From assembly GCA_002400365.1 (NCBI GenBank), contig DHFK01000008.1, forward strand, positions 6,693 to 46,694: a stretch of DNA of 40,002 nucleotides, read 5' to 3'. Source of the stretch: Anaerolineales bacterium UBA4826 (GTDB lineage: Bacteria > Chloroflexota > Anaerolineae > UBA4142). Every line of letters begins with the position of its first letter. The stretch's first letter is position 1. Positions 10,501 to 17,871 of this stretch are shown here, piece by piece. A program made the translations under genes and the position numbers. Below the pieces are notes generated by a model. It worked only from the letters and a program-made list of their open reading frames with translations. It did not search any database and was not told where the DNA came from.

Positions 10501-10989
10501 GCAATCGGCGAGAGAGAAACCCTCCAGGAATTCACCGCGGTAGAGATCAATTGCAGATTTCAGATTGCAGATTTCAGATTGGGGAGGCAAATCTGAAATC
10601 TTTAATCCGGAATCTGCAATCCCTTCAAACTCGATGACATCAATCCAGTGCGGGCATTGCAGGTTGAAGGCAACGGTCTGCGGCGTGGTAATCAGGACCG
10701 GAGGTTGTGCGGGGATATGGCGAGCGATGCTCCACAAAGCGCGCGAAAGGTAGCGCAGCGCGCGGCGATCCGACCAATCGCCCCAGAAGAGCCCGGCGAG
10801 TTTCTCGCGCGACTGGGGAATGCCGGCGACGGTGAGGTACGCGAGCAGCGCGCGATGCTTGCCGGTTTCCAAATCAACCGGCTTGCCAGCCCATTCGACG
10901 CTGAGACCGCCTAGCAAGCGCAAGCGCAGTCCTGGAACCCTTTCCAGATTCTCCTCGAGCGGTCGCGTCGCCTTTTGCTTCTTCGCCAC
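7600..10989 (-). CDS. AfsR/SARP-family regulator (wHTH-BTAD, NB-ARC ATPase, TPR repeats), ~1129 aa
   Basis: GTG 10989 after AGGAGG; LRLRLLGG; ALLAYL; BTAD (LYRGEFL, LELEPWREETHRQLM); Walker A GSGGIGKTRLA; LLIMDNFEHL; GMPLAIEIAAA; YDMHELVRQY; C-terminal TPRs. Confidence 0.93.
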   Translation of the reverse strand: MAKKQKATRPLEENLERVPGLRLRLLGGLSVEWAGKPVDLETGKHRALLAYLTVAGIPQSREKLAGLFWGDWSDRRALRYLSRALWSIARHIPAQPPVLITTPQTVAFNLQCPHWIDVIEFEGIADSGLKISDLPPQSEICNLKSAIDLYRGEFLEGFSLADCPEFEVWVVVERARLRNLASEILTRLIAEAVAWGRAGYAAGIAHARRLLELEPWREETHRQLMHLLARSGQRSAALAQYAICRRVLRAELSVAPSAETTGLSERLRAAEGMPAPDLPPQPTPFVGRVAELAEIARLVAHPDCRLLTLVGSGGIGKTRLALQAAKEALPEFLHGVFFVPLAALGSPEPLVSTIADALHFSFSGRADPKAQLLGYLREKEMLLIMDNFEHLLDGVTLVTEILQHAPDVKILATSRERLNSQWERVFEVEGLDLPKDEGGRMKDETASISSFSAVQLFDQTARRVQPHFSFEDEVSSIVRVCQLVEGMPLAIEIAAAWVRAMPCRDIGGEIARGLDFLQSPLRDAPAKHRNLRVVFDHSWRLLSEEERRAFKRLSVFRGGFSAEAAGTVISDQLAVDSQQRSPVTDYCSLFTDHVLTALVDKSLLRRSPAGRYDMHELVRQYAQEQLAALPEEHARAHDRHGAYYAEFLQQREKPMRSAEQKETWDAVAREIENIRAGWRWAVSQEKQSEIGAMLEGLYVFYERQAWLQEGELTFSHAIEALRAAGRGTDLLVARLLARQGWFAARRGLYQHARTLLGESLAISRDHDAKAEMAFALCGLGRIAYEWDAGADARQLYAASLKIYGEIGDQYGQALALNGLGVVAEIEDPTEAERFYQESIAIFQKIGDRRGLLTPLSNLCETAMRKGEYAQAQGRIHAALEICEEIGHRWGIGLLKGDLGLIKYACGEYAEAKSCCDESLAIFREIGARKAIGNIVADLARVAEVLGDESQARQLYQESVAVFREIGYRAGLAWSLPGLARLTFRARDEEQARALYQEGLALRGHVGDSWIEADLMVGLGEVAIALGESAASREHYRAALTLALGTSAVSLALDALAGAGTLLTNEGAPEHAAELLGLVLAHRASNAPTRAKAQCLLSKLERQLPADVFAAAIARGSAMRLDQAAEEILR
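9211..9290. repeat. Inverted heptamer arrays (CAGTGAA/CAGTAAT family), in frame in the SARP gene
   Basis: GTGATCA GTGAACA GTGAACA GTAATCA GTAACCG GTGAACG, then CTGCTGA CTGTCCA CTGCTAA CTGATCA CTGATTA; translated as VISDQLAVDSQQRSPVTDYCSLFTDH. Confidence 0.85.
9636..9688. repeat. Inverted heptamer arrays (GGATGAA family), in frame in the SARP gene
   Basis: TGAAGGATGAAA ... TTTCATCCTTCATCCTTCCGCCCTCATCCTTC; translated as KDEGGRMKDETASISSF; same unit as the intergenic element at 4014-4069. Confidence 0.85.
10550..10621. repeat. Inverted heptamer arrays (ATTGCAG/ATTTCAG family), in frame in the SARP gene
   Basis: ATTGCAG ATTTCAG ATTGCAG ATTTCAG ATTG ... AATCTGA AATCTTT AATCCGG AATCTGC AATC; translated as IADSGLKISDLPPQSEICNLKSAI. 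Confidence 0.85.
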
Positions 10990-11028
10990 GGTTGCCTCCT
11001 TTGAGCCAGCGCAAGAGGCACAGGGTCT

Positions 11029-11060
11029 TAAACACTTTCTAAACGCGCGGGTGCTATGCT
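11029..11060 (+). promoter_or_regulatory. Putative SARP-activated promoter
   Basis: TAAACAC-N4-TAAACGC (11029-11035, 11040-11046), then 8 nt, then -10 TATGCT (11055-11060) preceded by TGn. Confidence 0.6.
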
Positions 11061-11067
11061 CGGCGTA

Positions 11068-11076
11068 ATTATACCA
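11068..11076 (-). promoter_or_regulatory. Extended -10 promoter of the SARP regulator gene
   Basis: Minus strand TGGTATAAT, ~80 nt upstream of the GTG start. Confidence 0.5.
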
Positions 11077-11101
11077 CGAATTTGATTCGTAGGAGCATCG
11101 A

Positions 11102-11308
11102 ATGCCAGACCCGCCAAAAGTGACGGCGCATCTGTACGTGATTTGGGTGTGGGAGGAGGCGCGCCCGCACGGTCGAGCATCCCCACGGCGGGCGATGGTG
11201 CAGGATGCGCGCAGCGGCGAGCGGTGGGGCTTTGCCGATGTCGAGGCGATGCTGCGTTTCCTGCGGGCGCGGGTTGCGGAGGAGAAAGGAGGCGAAAGGG
11301 AAACGTGA
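11102..11308 (+). CDS. Small hypothetical protein (68 aa)
   Basis: RBS AGGAG; pattern YVIWVWEE...RAMVQDARSGERWGFADVEAMLRFL resembles short proteins I recall next to SARP-type regulators in Chloroflexota (not verified). Confidence 0.72.
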   Translation: MPDPPKVTAHLYVIWVWEEARPHGRASPRRAMVQDARSGERWGFADVEAMLRFLRARVAEEKGGERET

Positions 11309-11328
11309 AACGTAAAGCGCGAAACGTA
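11301..11328 (+). repeat. Heptamer tandem array (AAACGTG family), single arm
   Basis: AAACGTG AAACGTA AAGCGCG AAACGTA; contains the TGA stop of the 68-aa ORF. Confidence 0.75.
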
Positions 11329-11354
11329 ATCTATCACAACTCACGGAGGTCGAA

Positions 11355-13067
11355 ATGAAAACGCAACCAATGCGACGAATGTCTTACACGATTACGCCGA
11401 TAGCGCTGCTGAGCCTGCTGGTAATGCTCGGCCAATCGGTCGTGTTCAGTGCGCCCGCGGATCACGAACGGTGGCAGCGTTGGCAACCAGTCGCGCCAGC
11501 CGCCGGCACCTTCACCGTCAACTCGGTCGCCGATGATGCCGACGCGAATGTTTTGGATCCCGCGTGCAAGACTGCCAGCGGCGATTGCACCCTGCGGGCA
11601 GCGATCCAACAGTTAAACTACAACGCCAGTGCCATCACGACGACGATCAATTTCTACATGTCGGGTCAGACGATCCAGGTCAATTCGACCGGCAACGGCA
11701 AATTGCCCGACATCCACTGGCCCGTCATCATTGACGGTACCACAGGGTCGGGCGGCTTGGTCGAACTTGACGGCAGTCTCCCAGCATCTGGAGATGGCTT
11801 GACGCTCTACGCGGACAACAGCGCGATCCGCGGGATGGTGATCAATCGCTTCAGTTCTGGCATCATGGTGTTTGGCGACAACAACCTGATTGAAGGCAAC
11901 CGCATCGGCACCAATGTCGCGGGCACCGCCGCCCAGGGCAACGCTTCAGCCGGGGTGTGGGTCGTGGGGAGCAACAACACTATCCGTAACAACCTCATCT
12001 CGGGCAACGACGCGGGCGTCGTGATCAATCCACACTACGGCACTGGCTCCCCCGCGGCAAACAAGGTGGAGGGCAATTACATCGGCACCGATGTCAATGG
12101 CTCAGCCGATTTGGGTAACACGCGATACGGCGTGTGGATCTTCAAGTCGCCCAACAACACCATCGGGGGAACGACGACAGGGGCGCGCAACGTCATCTCG
12201 GGCAACAACAATCGCGGCATCTGGATCGAAGGCGCCGAAGCGACGGGCAACGTGGTCCAAGGCAACTACATCGGCACCGACACTACGGGTACTGCCGCTC
12301 TGCCCAATTCCAGCGGCGGCGCGATGGTCTTTGGCGCGCCCGGCAACACGATCGGCGGGACGACAACCGGGGCAGGCAATGTCATCTCTGGTAATGCCAG
12401 TACCGGCATTGAGATCAACAGCAGCGGCGCGACAGGCAACGTGGTCCAAGGCAACTTGATCGGCACCGCCGTCAATGGTACCGCCGCCTTGGGCAACACC
12501 AGTCGAGGCATATATGTGAGTTCCTCCTCCAACAACACGATTGGTGGGACGGCAGTCGGGGCAGGCAACACCATTGCCTTCAACGGTCTACAAGGGGTGT
12601 TCATCTCAGGCGGCACAGGCAACGCCATTCTGGGCAACTCGATTCACTCCAACACCAACTTGGGGATTGATCTCAGCCCCAGTGGCGTCACGCCCAACGA
12701 TACTGGCGATGCGGACACCGGCGCGAACAACTTGCAGAACTCTCCGGTGTTGATCGCCGCCACGAGCGGTAGCACCGTCATCACCGGCACGCTCAACAGC
12801 ACCACCGCCACGCAGTTGAGAGTCGAGTTCTTCGCCAGCGCTGCATGTGATTCTTCGGGCAATGGCGAAGGGCAGATCTATCTAGGCACCACCAACGCCA
12901 CCACCGACGGTAGCGGCAACGCAAGTTTCGCCGTCACTCTTATCACCACGGCCTCTGCCGGTTATGCCATTACTGCGACAGCGACCGATCCGAACAACAA
13001 CACCTCCGAGTTCTCCCAGTGCGTTCTGTTGCCGACCAAAGTCTATCTGCCGCTGATTCTGCGGTGA
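11355..13067 (+). CDS. Secreted CSLREA-domain, parallel beta-helix surface protein
   Basis: RBS GGAGG; signal peptide; FTVNSVADD...DCTLRAAIQQLN (CSLREA); repeated NTIGGT..GNVISGN / GNYIGTD; NNTSEFS; C-terminal VYLPLILR. Confidence 0.9.
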   Translation: MKTQPMRRMSYTITPIALLSLLVMLGQSVVFSAPADHERWQRWQPVAPAAGTFTVNSVADDADANVLDPACKTASGDCTLRAAIQQLNYNASAITTTINFYMSGQTIQVNSTGNGKLPDIHWPVIIDGTTGSGGLVELDGSLPASGDGLTLYADNSAIRGMVINRFSSGIMVFGDNNLIEGNRIGTNVAGTAAQGNASAGVWVVGSNNTIRNNLISGNDAGVVINPHYGTGSPAANKVEGNYIGTDVNGSADLGNTRYGVWIFKSPNNTIGGTTTGARNVISGNNNRGIWIEGAEATGNVVQGNYIGTDTTGTAALPNSSGGAMVFGAPGNTIGGTTTGAGNVISGNASTGIEINSSGATGNVVQGNLIGTAVNGTAALGNTSRGIYVSSSSNNTIGGTAVGAGNTIAFNGLQGVFISGGTGNAILGNSIHSNTNLGIDLSPSGVTPNDTGDADTGANNLQNSPVLIAATSGSTVITGTLNSTTATQLRVEFFASAACDSSGNGEGQIYLGTTNATTDGSGNASFAVTLITTASAGYAITATATDPNNNTSEFSQCVLLPTKVYLPLILR

Positions 13068-13106
13068 CAAGCCAAGGGCAAGAACGCGGTTTCGCCTCTA
13101 TTTCCG

Positions 13107-13262
13107 GTAGACGCGGGCTCGGCCCCGCCCTTGCGCGGAGCCCGCGTCAAGCCGCCTGCCCCAGAGATGCGTACGATCACCCAGACGCAGGGCGCGTGCA
13201 AAGTCGCTTGACAGGCGATTGAAATCGCGGCAACGACAGCGCCAAGTCGCCCTACGGCGACT
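13107..13262. repeat. REP-like hairpin cluster
   Basis: GTAG-prefixed GACGCGGGCTC...GAGCCCGCGTC (13110-13148); GCGATTgaAATCGC (13215-13228); AGTCGCCctacGGCGACT (13245-13262). Confidence 0.55.
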
Positions 13263-13359
13263 ATTCAGTATAACGTAGGTCGGCTCCGTGCCTTTGTTGC
13301 TGCGACTTGAGTCGCCCATGCTGACTTTGCACACACCCTGGACCCAGACGAGGGTACTA

Positions 13360-13388
13360 TTGCCTTCCTAGGCTATTCATGGTATAAA
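13360..13388 (+). promoter_or_regulatory. Sigma-70/SigA promoter of the glycan operon leader
   Basis: TTGCCT-N17-TATAAA with extended -10 TGn, ~50 nt upstream of the riboswitch. Confidence 0.65.
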
Positions 13389-13438
13389 GTGGGTAAATAG
13401 GAACAATACGACTGCCCTTTCAAAGGCATTTCGACAAA

Positions 13439-13530
13439 CGGGTGCAACGAAGCCTGATCAAATCATAGTCCACGAATGCTATGACCATGGACGCCTACTG
13501 ATCAGGTGGAGCAAATGGCGTAACCGACCG
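13439..13530 (+). ncRNA. Cyclic di-GMP-II riboswitch aptamer
   Basis: CGG-GU-GC-AAC-GAA-GCCUGAUCA...UGG-ACGCC-UAC-UGAUCAGGU-GGA-GC-AAAU-GGCGU-AA-CCG-A-CCG. Shows a kink-turn (GC AAC GAA / GGA GC), P3 CCUGAUCA/UGAUCAGG, pseudoknot ACGCC/GGCGU plus UGG/CCG around an AA bulge, and the conserved 3' AACCGACC. Confidence 0.85.
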
Positions 13531-13556
13531 GGTCTTCTCTGGTCGGTTTTTGTTTT
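13522..13556 (+). terminator. Intrinsic terminator forming the riboswitch expression platform
   Basis: Stem AACCGACCGGG / TCTGGTCGGTT followed by TTTGTTTT; the left arm is the aptamer 3' end. Confidence 0.85.
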
Positions 13557-13769
13557 CCGCTATCTTTGTCGCGCGATCTTGCGATTTTCTTATATTCTTT
13601 TCGGACGACAACTGGTATAATCCGCGCTGCAAGGCAAAGGTAAGCAAGTACCATTGCTTTCCTGCGCCGTTAATGATATATTTGGTTTGGCATTCACTGG
13701 ATGTCAAGTGCCAGCCAAAGCGCCACCGATCATGAGCCCACTGGCGATATGGTCAAGGAGGGCAGAAAG

Positions 13770-14591
13770 ATGTCTACCTACATGAACACGGATACAATGA
13801 CGACCCGACCTCACACGCGGAGCGTCGCCGGTCTAGAATTCGTCGTTCAGGACCTGCCGACCGTGAGCGTCGTCATGCCCGCGATGAACGAAGCGAAGAA
13901 CCTGCCCTACGTCCTGCCGCGCATTCCGCGATGGGTGGATGAGGTCATCTTGGTGGATGGCAACTCGATCGACGACACGGTCCAAGTCGCCTGCCAATTG
14001 TGGCCCCGCATCCGCATCGTGCACCAGAAAGGCAAAGGCAAAGGGGACGCCTTGCGCGCCGGTTTCCAAGCCGCGCGCGGAGAGATCATCGTCATGCTCG
14101 ACGCCGACGGGTCCACCGATCCCGCCGAGATCCCGCTCTTTGTCGCCCACCTGCGCGCCGGCGCGGATTTTGCCAAGGGCTCGCGGTTTGTCCAGGGCGG
14201 AGACACAACAGACATGCCGCTCTACCGCAAACTCGGCAACGGCGTTTTCGCTTTGCTCGTTCGATTATTCTTCGGCGGTCGCTATTCGGATTTGTGTTAC
14301 GGCTACAATGCGTTTTGGGCGCGCTTGTTGCCGTACCTCAATCTGGACGGCGACGGCTTTGAGATCGAGACGATGATGAACATCCGCGCCTTGTATGGCG
14401 GATTCCGCATTGCCGAGGTGCCAAGTATCGAGGCGGAGCGAATTCACGGCGTGAGCAATCTCAAGACGATTCCCGACGGCTGGCGCGTGCTCAAGACCAT
14501 TCTGAAAGAGCGCTTTGCGCGCAATTGGAAGCGCCCATCCCAGCGGCGAGTCCCAGCCACGGCACAGCACGCGATCGGCGGGGCAGACTGA
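13770..14591 (+). CDS. GT2 glycosyltransferase, DPM1-like (polyprenol-phosphate glycosyltransferase)
   Basis: ATG 13770 after AAGGAGG; SVVMPAMNEA; LVDGNSIDDT; GKGDALRAG; MLDADGS; KGSRF; GFEIETMM. Confidence 0.9.
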   Translation: MSTYMNTDTMTTRPHTRSVAGLEFVVQDLPTVSVVMPAMNEAKNLPYVLPRIPRWVDEVILVDGNSIDDTVQVACQLWPRIRIVHQKGKGKGDALRAGFQAARGEIIVMLDADGSTDPAEIPLFVAHLRAGADFAKGSRFVQGGDTTDMPLYRKLGNGVFALLVRLFFGGRYSDLCYGYNAFWARLLPYLNLDGDGFEIETMMNIRALYGGFRIAEVPSIEAERIHGVSNLKTIPDGWRVLKTILKERFARNWKRPSQRRVPATAQHAIGGAD

Positions 14592-14600
14592 GAGAAGCAG

Positions 14601-15599
14601 GTGCCGTCTATCTCCGCCCCCGGCGCTTTTAGCGTCGTGATTTGTGCGTACACCCTAGCGCGCTGGGATGAACTCGTCGCGTGCGTCGAGTCGGTACGGC
14701 AGCAGACGCTCCCGCCGCGAGAAATCATCGTCGTCGTTGATCACAACCCGGCGCTCCTGGAACGCGTGCGCGCGCAAATCGCCGGCGTGATCGCCATCGA
14801 GAACAAAGAGCCGCGCGGATTATCGGGCGCGCGGAACAGCGGCATCGCCATCGCGCAGGGAGATGTGATCGCCTTTCTGGACGAGGACAGTGCGGCTGCG
14901 CCGGATTGGTTGGCGCGCCTCCGCGCGGGCTATACCGACCAGGTGATCGGCGTGGGCGGCGCGATCGAGCCGGTGTGGTTGAATGGCAGACCCCGCTGGT
15001 TTCCGCCAGAGTTCGACTGGGTGGTGGGCTGCACTTTTTTGGGAATGTCGGAAACCCCGACGCGCGTGCGGAACCTGATCGGCTGCAACATGTCCTTTCG
15101 CCGCGAGGTCTTTCAGCAATTCGGGGGTTTCACCAGCGGGATCGGGCGCGTGGGGACACAGCCCGTCGGGTGTGAGGAAACCGAGTTCTGTATTCGCGCT
15201 AGACAACGCTCGCCGCAAGGCGAGTTGCTTTATGATCCGCGCGCGCGCGTGTACCATCGCGTTCCCCCCAACCGCGCCGCCTGGAATTACTTTCGCGCGC
15301 GCTGTTATGCCGAAGGTCTTTCCAAGGCGCTGATCTCGCGGCTGGTGGGCGCGCAAGCCGGGCTGGCTTCAGAACGCGCGCACACCTTCCGGGTGCTGCC
15401 GCGTGGCGTCGTCCGCGGACTGGCCGACGCGTGCCTGCGCCGCGATGTCATGGGCTTGGCCCGCGCGAGCGCGATCATCGCCGGGCTGGCTCTCACCACC
15501 GCCGGCTTTTTGATCGGCGCGATTTCCGGCATGATCGCAGCGCGTCAGCGCGGCGCCATGCCCGATCGGCTTGCCCTGAAGAATTCTGCGGATGGATGA
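14601..15599 (+). CDS. GT2 glycosyltransferase
   Basis: SVVICAYT; VVVDHN; GLSGARNSG; AFLDED; IGCNMSFRR; GCEETEFC; C-terminal TM helix. Confidence 0.9.
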   Translation: MPSISAPGAFSVVICAYTLARWDELVACVESVRQQTLPPREIIVVVDHNPALLERVRAQIAGVIAIENKEPRGLSGARNSGIAIAQGDVIAFLDEDSAAAPDWLARLRAGYTDQVIGVGGAIEPVWLNGRPRWFPPEFDWVVGCTFLGMSETPTRVRNLIGCNMSFRREVFQQFGGFTSGIGRVGTQPVGCEETEFCIRARQRSPQGELLYDPRARVYHRVPPNRAAWNYFRARCYAEGLSKALISRLVGAQAGLASERAHTFRVLPRGVVRGLADACLRRDVMGLARASAIIAGLALTTAGFLIGAISGMIAARQRGAMPDRLALKNSADG

Positions 15600-15612
15600 T
15601 GCGAGGATCAGG

Positions 15613-16908
15613 ATGTCTGATTTCACTCCCGCGCGAGTGCTTCAAGTTGAGTTGAGCCAGCCCCTTCCAGACATTGCGTCATGGGATGCCCGCACAGATC
15701 AAACGTATCGGCGGGCAATTTATTTGGTTCGGCTGCACACTCAGCCGCTCGGCGTAGTTCAAGTCCTGATGGGTGAGCTGGGACTTGCGGCGGACTTGGC
15801 AAAGGAGATTTGGCGCGTTTTGCGCGCGGAGATCGCCGCGCACTTGTCCGCGGACGGCTTGCCGCCGTGCAAAGAACTCTCCGCCGCCGGCTTGCCCTGC
15901 GCCGCTCTGCCGCCCTGCTTGCGCGCGCGCCAGGCGATATTGGACAATCCGCCTTTTGTGAGTATCATTATAGGGACACGCGACCGCCCCGACCAGTTAC
16001 GCGCCTGTTTGCGTTCGCTGCTCATGCTCGACTATCCGCGCTATGAGATCGTGGTCGTTGACAATGCGCCGAGCACCTCGGCAACCGCCGACCTGATGCG
16101 CCAAGAGTACGGCGCGTCGACGCGGGTACGCTATTTGCGCGAAGACTATCCGGGCGTCGCCGCCGCGCACAATCACGGTTTGGCGCACGTCCAATCCGAA
16201 TTGGTCGCGATTGCCGATGACGACGTGGTGGTGGACCGGCATTGGCTCATCGAACTGGTCCGGGGTTTTGCGGTCACCGAGAACGTGGGGTGTGTCACCG
16301 GGATGATTTTCCCGGCGGAGATCGAGACGCCCACCCAGGGATGGATCGAGCAGTCGGTCGGCTTTAACAAGGGCTTTGCGCCGCGCGTCTTTGATCTTTC
16401 CGAGAACAAACCAAAGCATCCGCTCTATCCCTACACGCCCGGCATGTTCGGTTCCGGCGCGAACATGGCGTTCAAGACCGCCGCGCTGCGCGCGATCGGC
16501 GGCTTTGATCCGGCATTGGGCGCGGGCACTCTCGCGCTCGGCGGCGAAGACCTTGCGGCTATGTTTGACATCGTGACGCACGGTTATCGCCTGGTGTACC
16601 AGCCCGCTGCCATCGTGCAGCATTGGCATCGCCGCGACTATGCCGGGCTGCGCCGGCAAGCGTACGGCTACGGCGTGGGGCTCGCCGCCTTTCTGACTCG
16701 GGCGATCGTAGTGCGCCCCAGTCGGCTTTTTGATTTTATCGTCCGCATACCTGCCGGGCTGGCGTACGTGTTCAGTGCTCGGTCGCCGATCAATGCGCGC
16801 AAGTCACCCGATTATCCCAGCGAGTTGACCCAAATCGAGCGCAGGGGGATGCTCGCCGGTCCGTTTCGATACTTGCGGAGTCGGTGGCAAGCGCGGACTC
16901 GCTCTTAG
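15613..16908 (+). CDS. GT2 glycosyltransferase with N-terminal extension
   Basis: ATG 15613 after GAGGA (alternative start 15592); SIIIGTRDR; VVVDNAP; IADDDVVVD; GSGANMAF; GGEDL. Confidence 0.9.
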   Translation: MSDFTPARVLQVELSQPLPDIASWDARTDQTYRRAIYLVRLHTQPLGVVQVLMGELGLAADLAKEIWRVLRAEIAAHLSADGLPPCKELSAAGLPCAALPPCLRARQAILDNPPFVSIIIGTRDRPDQLRACLRSLLMLDYPRYEIVVVDNAPSTSATADLMRQEYGASTRVRYLREDYPGVAAAHNHGLAHVQSELVAIADDDVVVDRHWLIELVRGFAVTENVGCVTGMIFPAEIETPTQGWIEQSVGFNKGFAPRVFDLSENKPKHPLYPYTPGMFGSGANMAFKTAALRAIGGFDPALGAGTLALGGEDLAAMFDIVTHGYRLVYQPAAIVQHWHRRDYAGLRRQAYGYGVGLAAFLTRAIVVRPSRLFDFIVRIPAGLAYVFSARSPINARKSPDYPSELTQIERRGMLAGPFRYLRSRWQARTRS

Positions 16909-17029
16909 CCACAGCCACGATAGCACATCTTTGAATCGCCGCTTGGCGGCGAATTATTGATGTGCCATCGCACAGGGGACACAGAGAAAACGGATCTTTC
17001 CCTCTGTGTTCTCTGTGCGCGCTGTGGCT
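16907..17029. repeat. Nested inverted-repeat element (CACAGAG/CTCTGTG family with an inserted hairpin)
   Basis: Outer AGCCACAGC/GCTGTGGCT; inner GCACAGGGGACACAGAG/CTCTGTGTTCTCTGTGC (16970-17018); second hairpin CGATAGCACATC/GATGTGCCATCG (16918-16970). Confidence 0.7.
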
Positions 17030-17052
17030 GACCTGGACAGTTGCATCCAAGC

Positions 17053-17868
17053 ATGAATACTCCTATTCCGATTCTGGTCTATCACAGCATTGCGACAGAG
17101 AGCGCGCCGCGGTTTAGAACTTTTACCCTGCCGCCCAGTTTGTTCGCCGCGCAAATGGCGCATCTGAATCAAGCGCGCTATACGCCAATCACCGCGACCC
17201 AACTCGCGCGCGCGATGACGGACCCAAGCATTCGGCTCGCGGAACGCACGCTGCTGATCACCTTTGACGATGGTCTGGCTGATTTTTTCACCGCCGCGCT
17301 GCCGGTATTGCGGCAGTACAATTTTCCGGCGACGCTGTACATCGCCACCGGTTTTGTCGGCGGCACGAGCCGCTGGCTGCGTTACGCCGGCGAAACCAAT
17401 CGCCCCATGCTCACCTGGTCGCAGATCGCGGAAATCAGCAACAACGGCGTGGAATGTGGCGCGCACAGTCACACGCATCCGTACCTCGACATCATTCCGC
17501 CGGCGCAAGCCCAAGACGAAATCATGCGCCCGAAGATGGAACTGGAACAACATTCGGGTCGCGCGGTCGAAACCTTTTCCTATCCGCATGGCTATCATTC
17601 GGCGGCGGTCAAGCAACTGGTGCGCCAAGCCGGTTACTCTTCCGCATGCGCGCTGAAACATGCCACCAGCGCTCTGAGCGATGATCGTTTCGCCCTAGCG
17701 CGCATCATCGTCACACCCGATACAACCCTCGATCAGTTCAGCCAGTTGGTCAAGGGCAGCGGTCTGCCCATCGCGCCGACGCGCGAACGAACCCGAACCA
17801 AAGTCTGGCGGTTCGTGCGCCGCTCGACGCGGTGGCTGAACTCGCGGCTCGAACCAGACAGCGAGTAA
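17053..17868 (+). CDS. Polysaccharide deacetylase (CE4, IcaB/PgaB-like)
   Basis: IPILVYHSI; LITFDDGL; ATLYIATG; GAHSHTHP; FSYPHG. Confidence 0.92.
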   Translation: MNTPIPILVYHSIATESAPRFRTFTLPPSLFAAQMAHLNQARYTPITATQLARAMTDPSIRLAERTLLITFDDGLADFFTAALPVLRQYNFPATLYIATGFVGGTSRWLRYAGETNRPMLTWSQIAEISNNGVECGAHSHTHPYLDIIPPAQAQDEIMRPKMELEQHSGRAVETFSYPHGYHSAAVKQLVRQAGYSSACALKHATSALSDDRFALARIIVTPDTTLDQFSQLVKGSGLPIAPTRERTRTKVWRFVRRSTRWLNSRLEPDSE

Positions 17869-17871
17869 GTA

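Noticed and set aside
10990-11337. 116-aa N-terminal extension of the SARP ORF
   Set aside because: It overlaps the divergent 68-aa gene and promoters; a strong RBS precedes GTG 10989.
12060-12600. ~190-nt internal repeats in the CSLREA gene as a possible CRISPR array or DGR template
   Set aside because: They are diverged in-frame beta-helix protein repeats with mostly synonymous changes; there are no identical repeats with unique spacers and no RT or cas gene.
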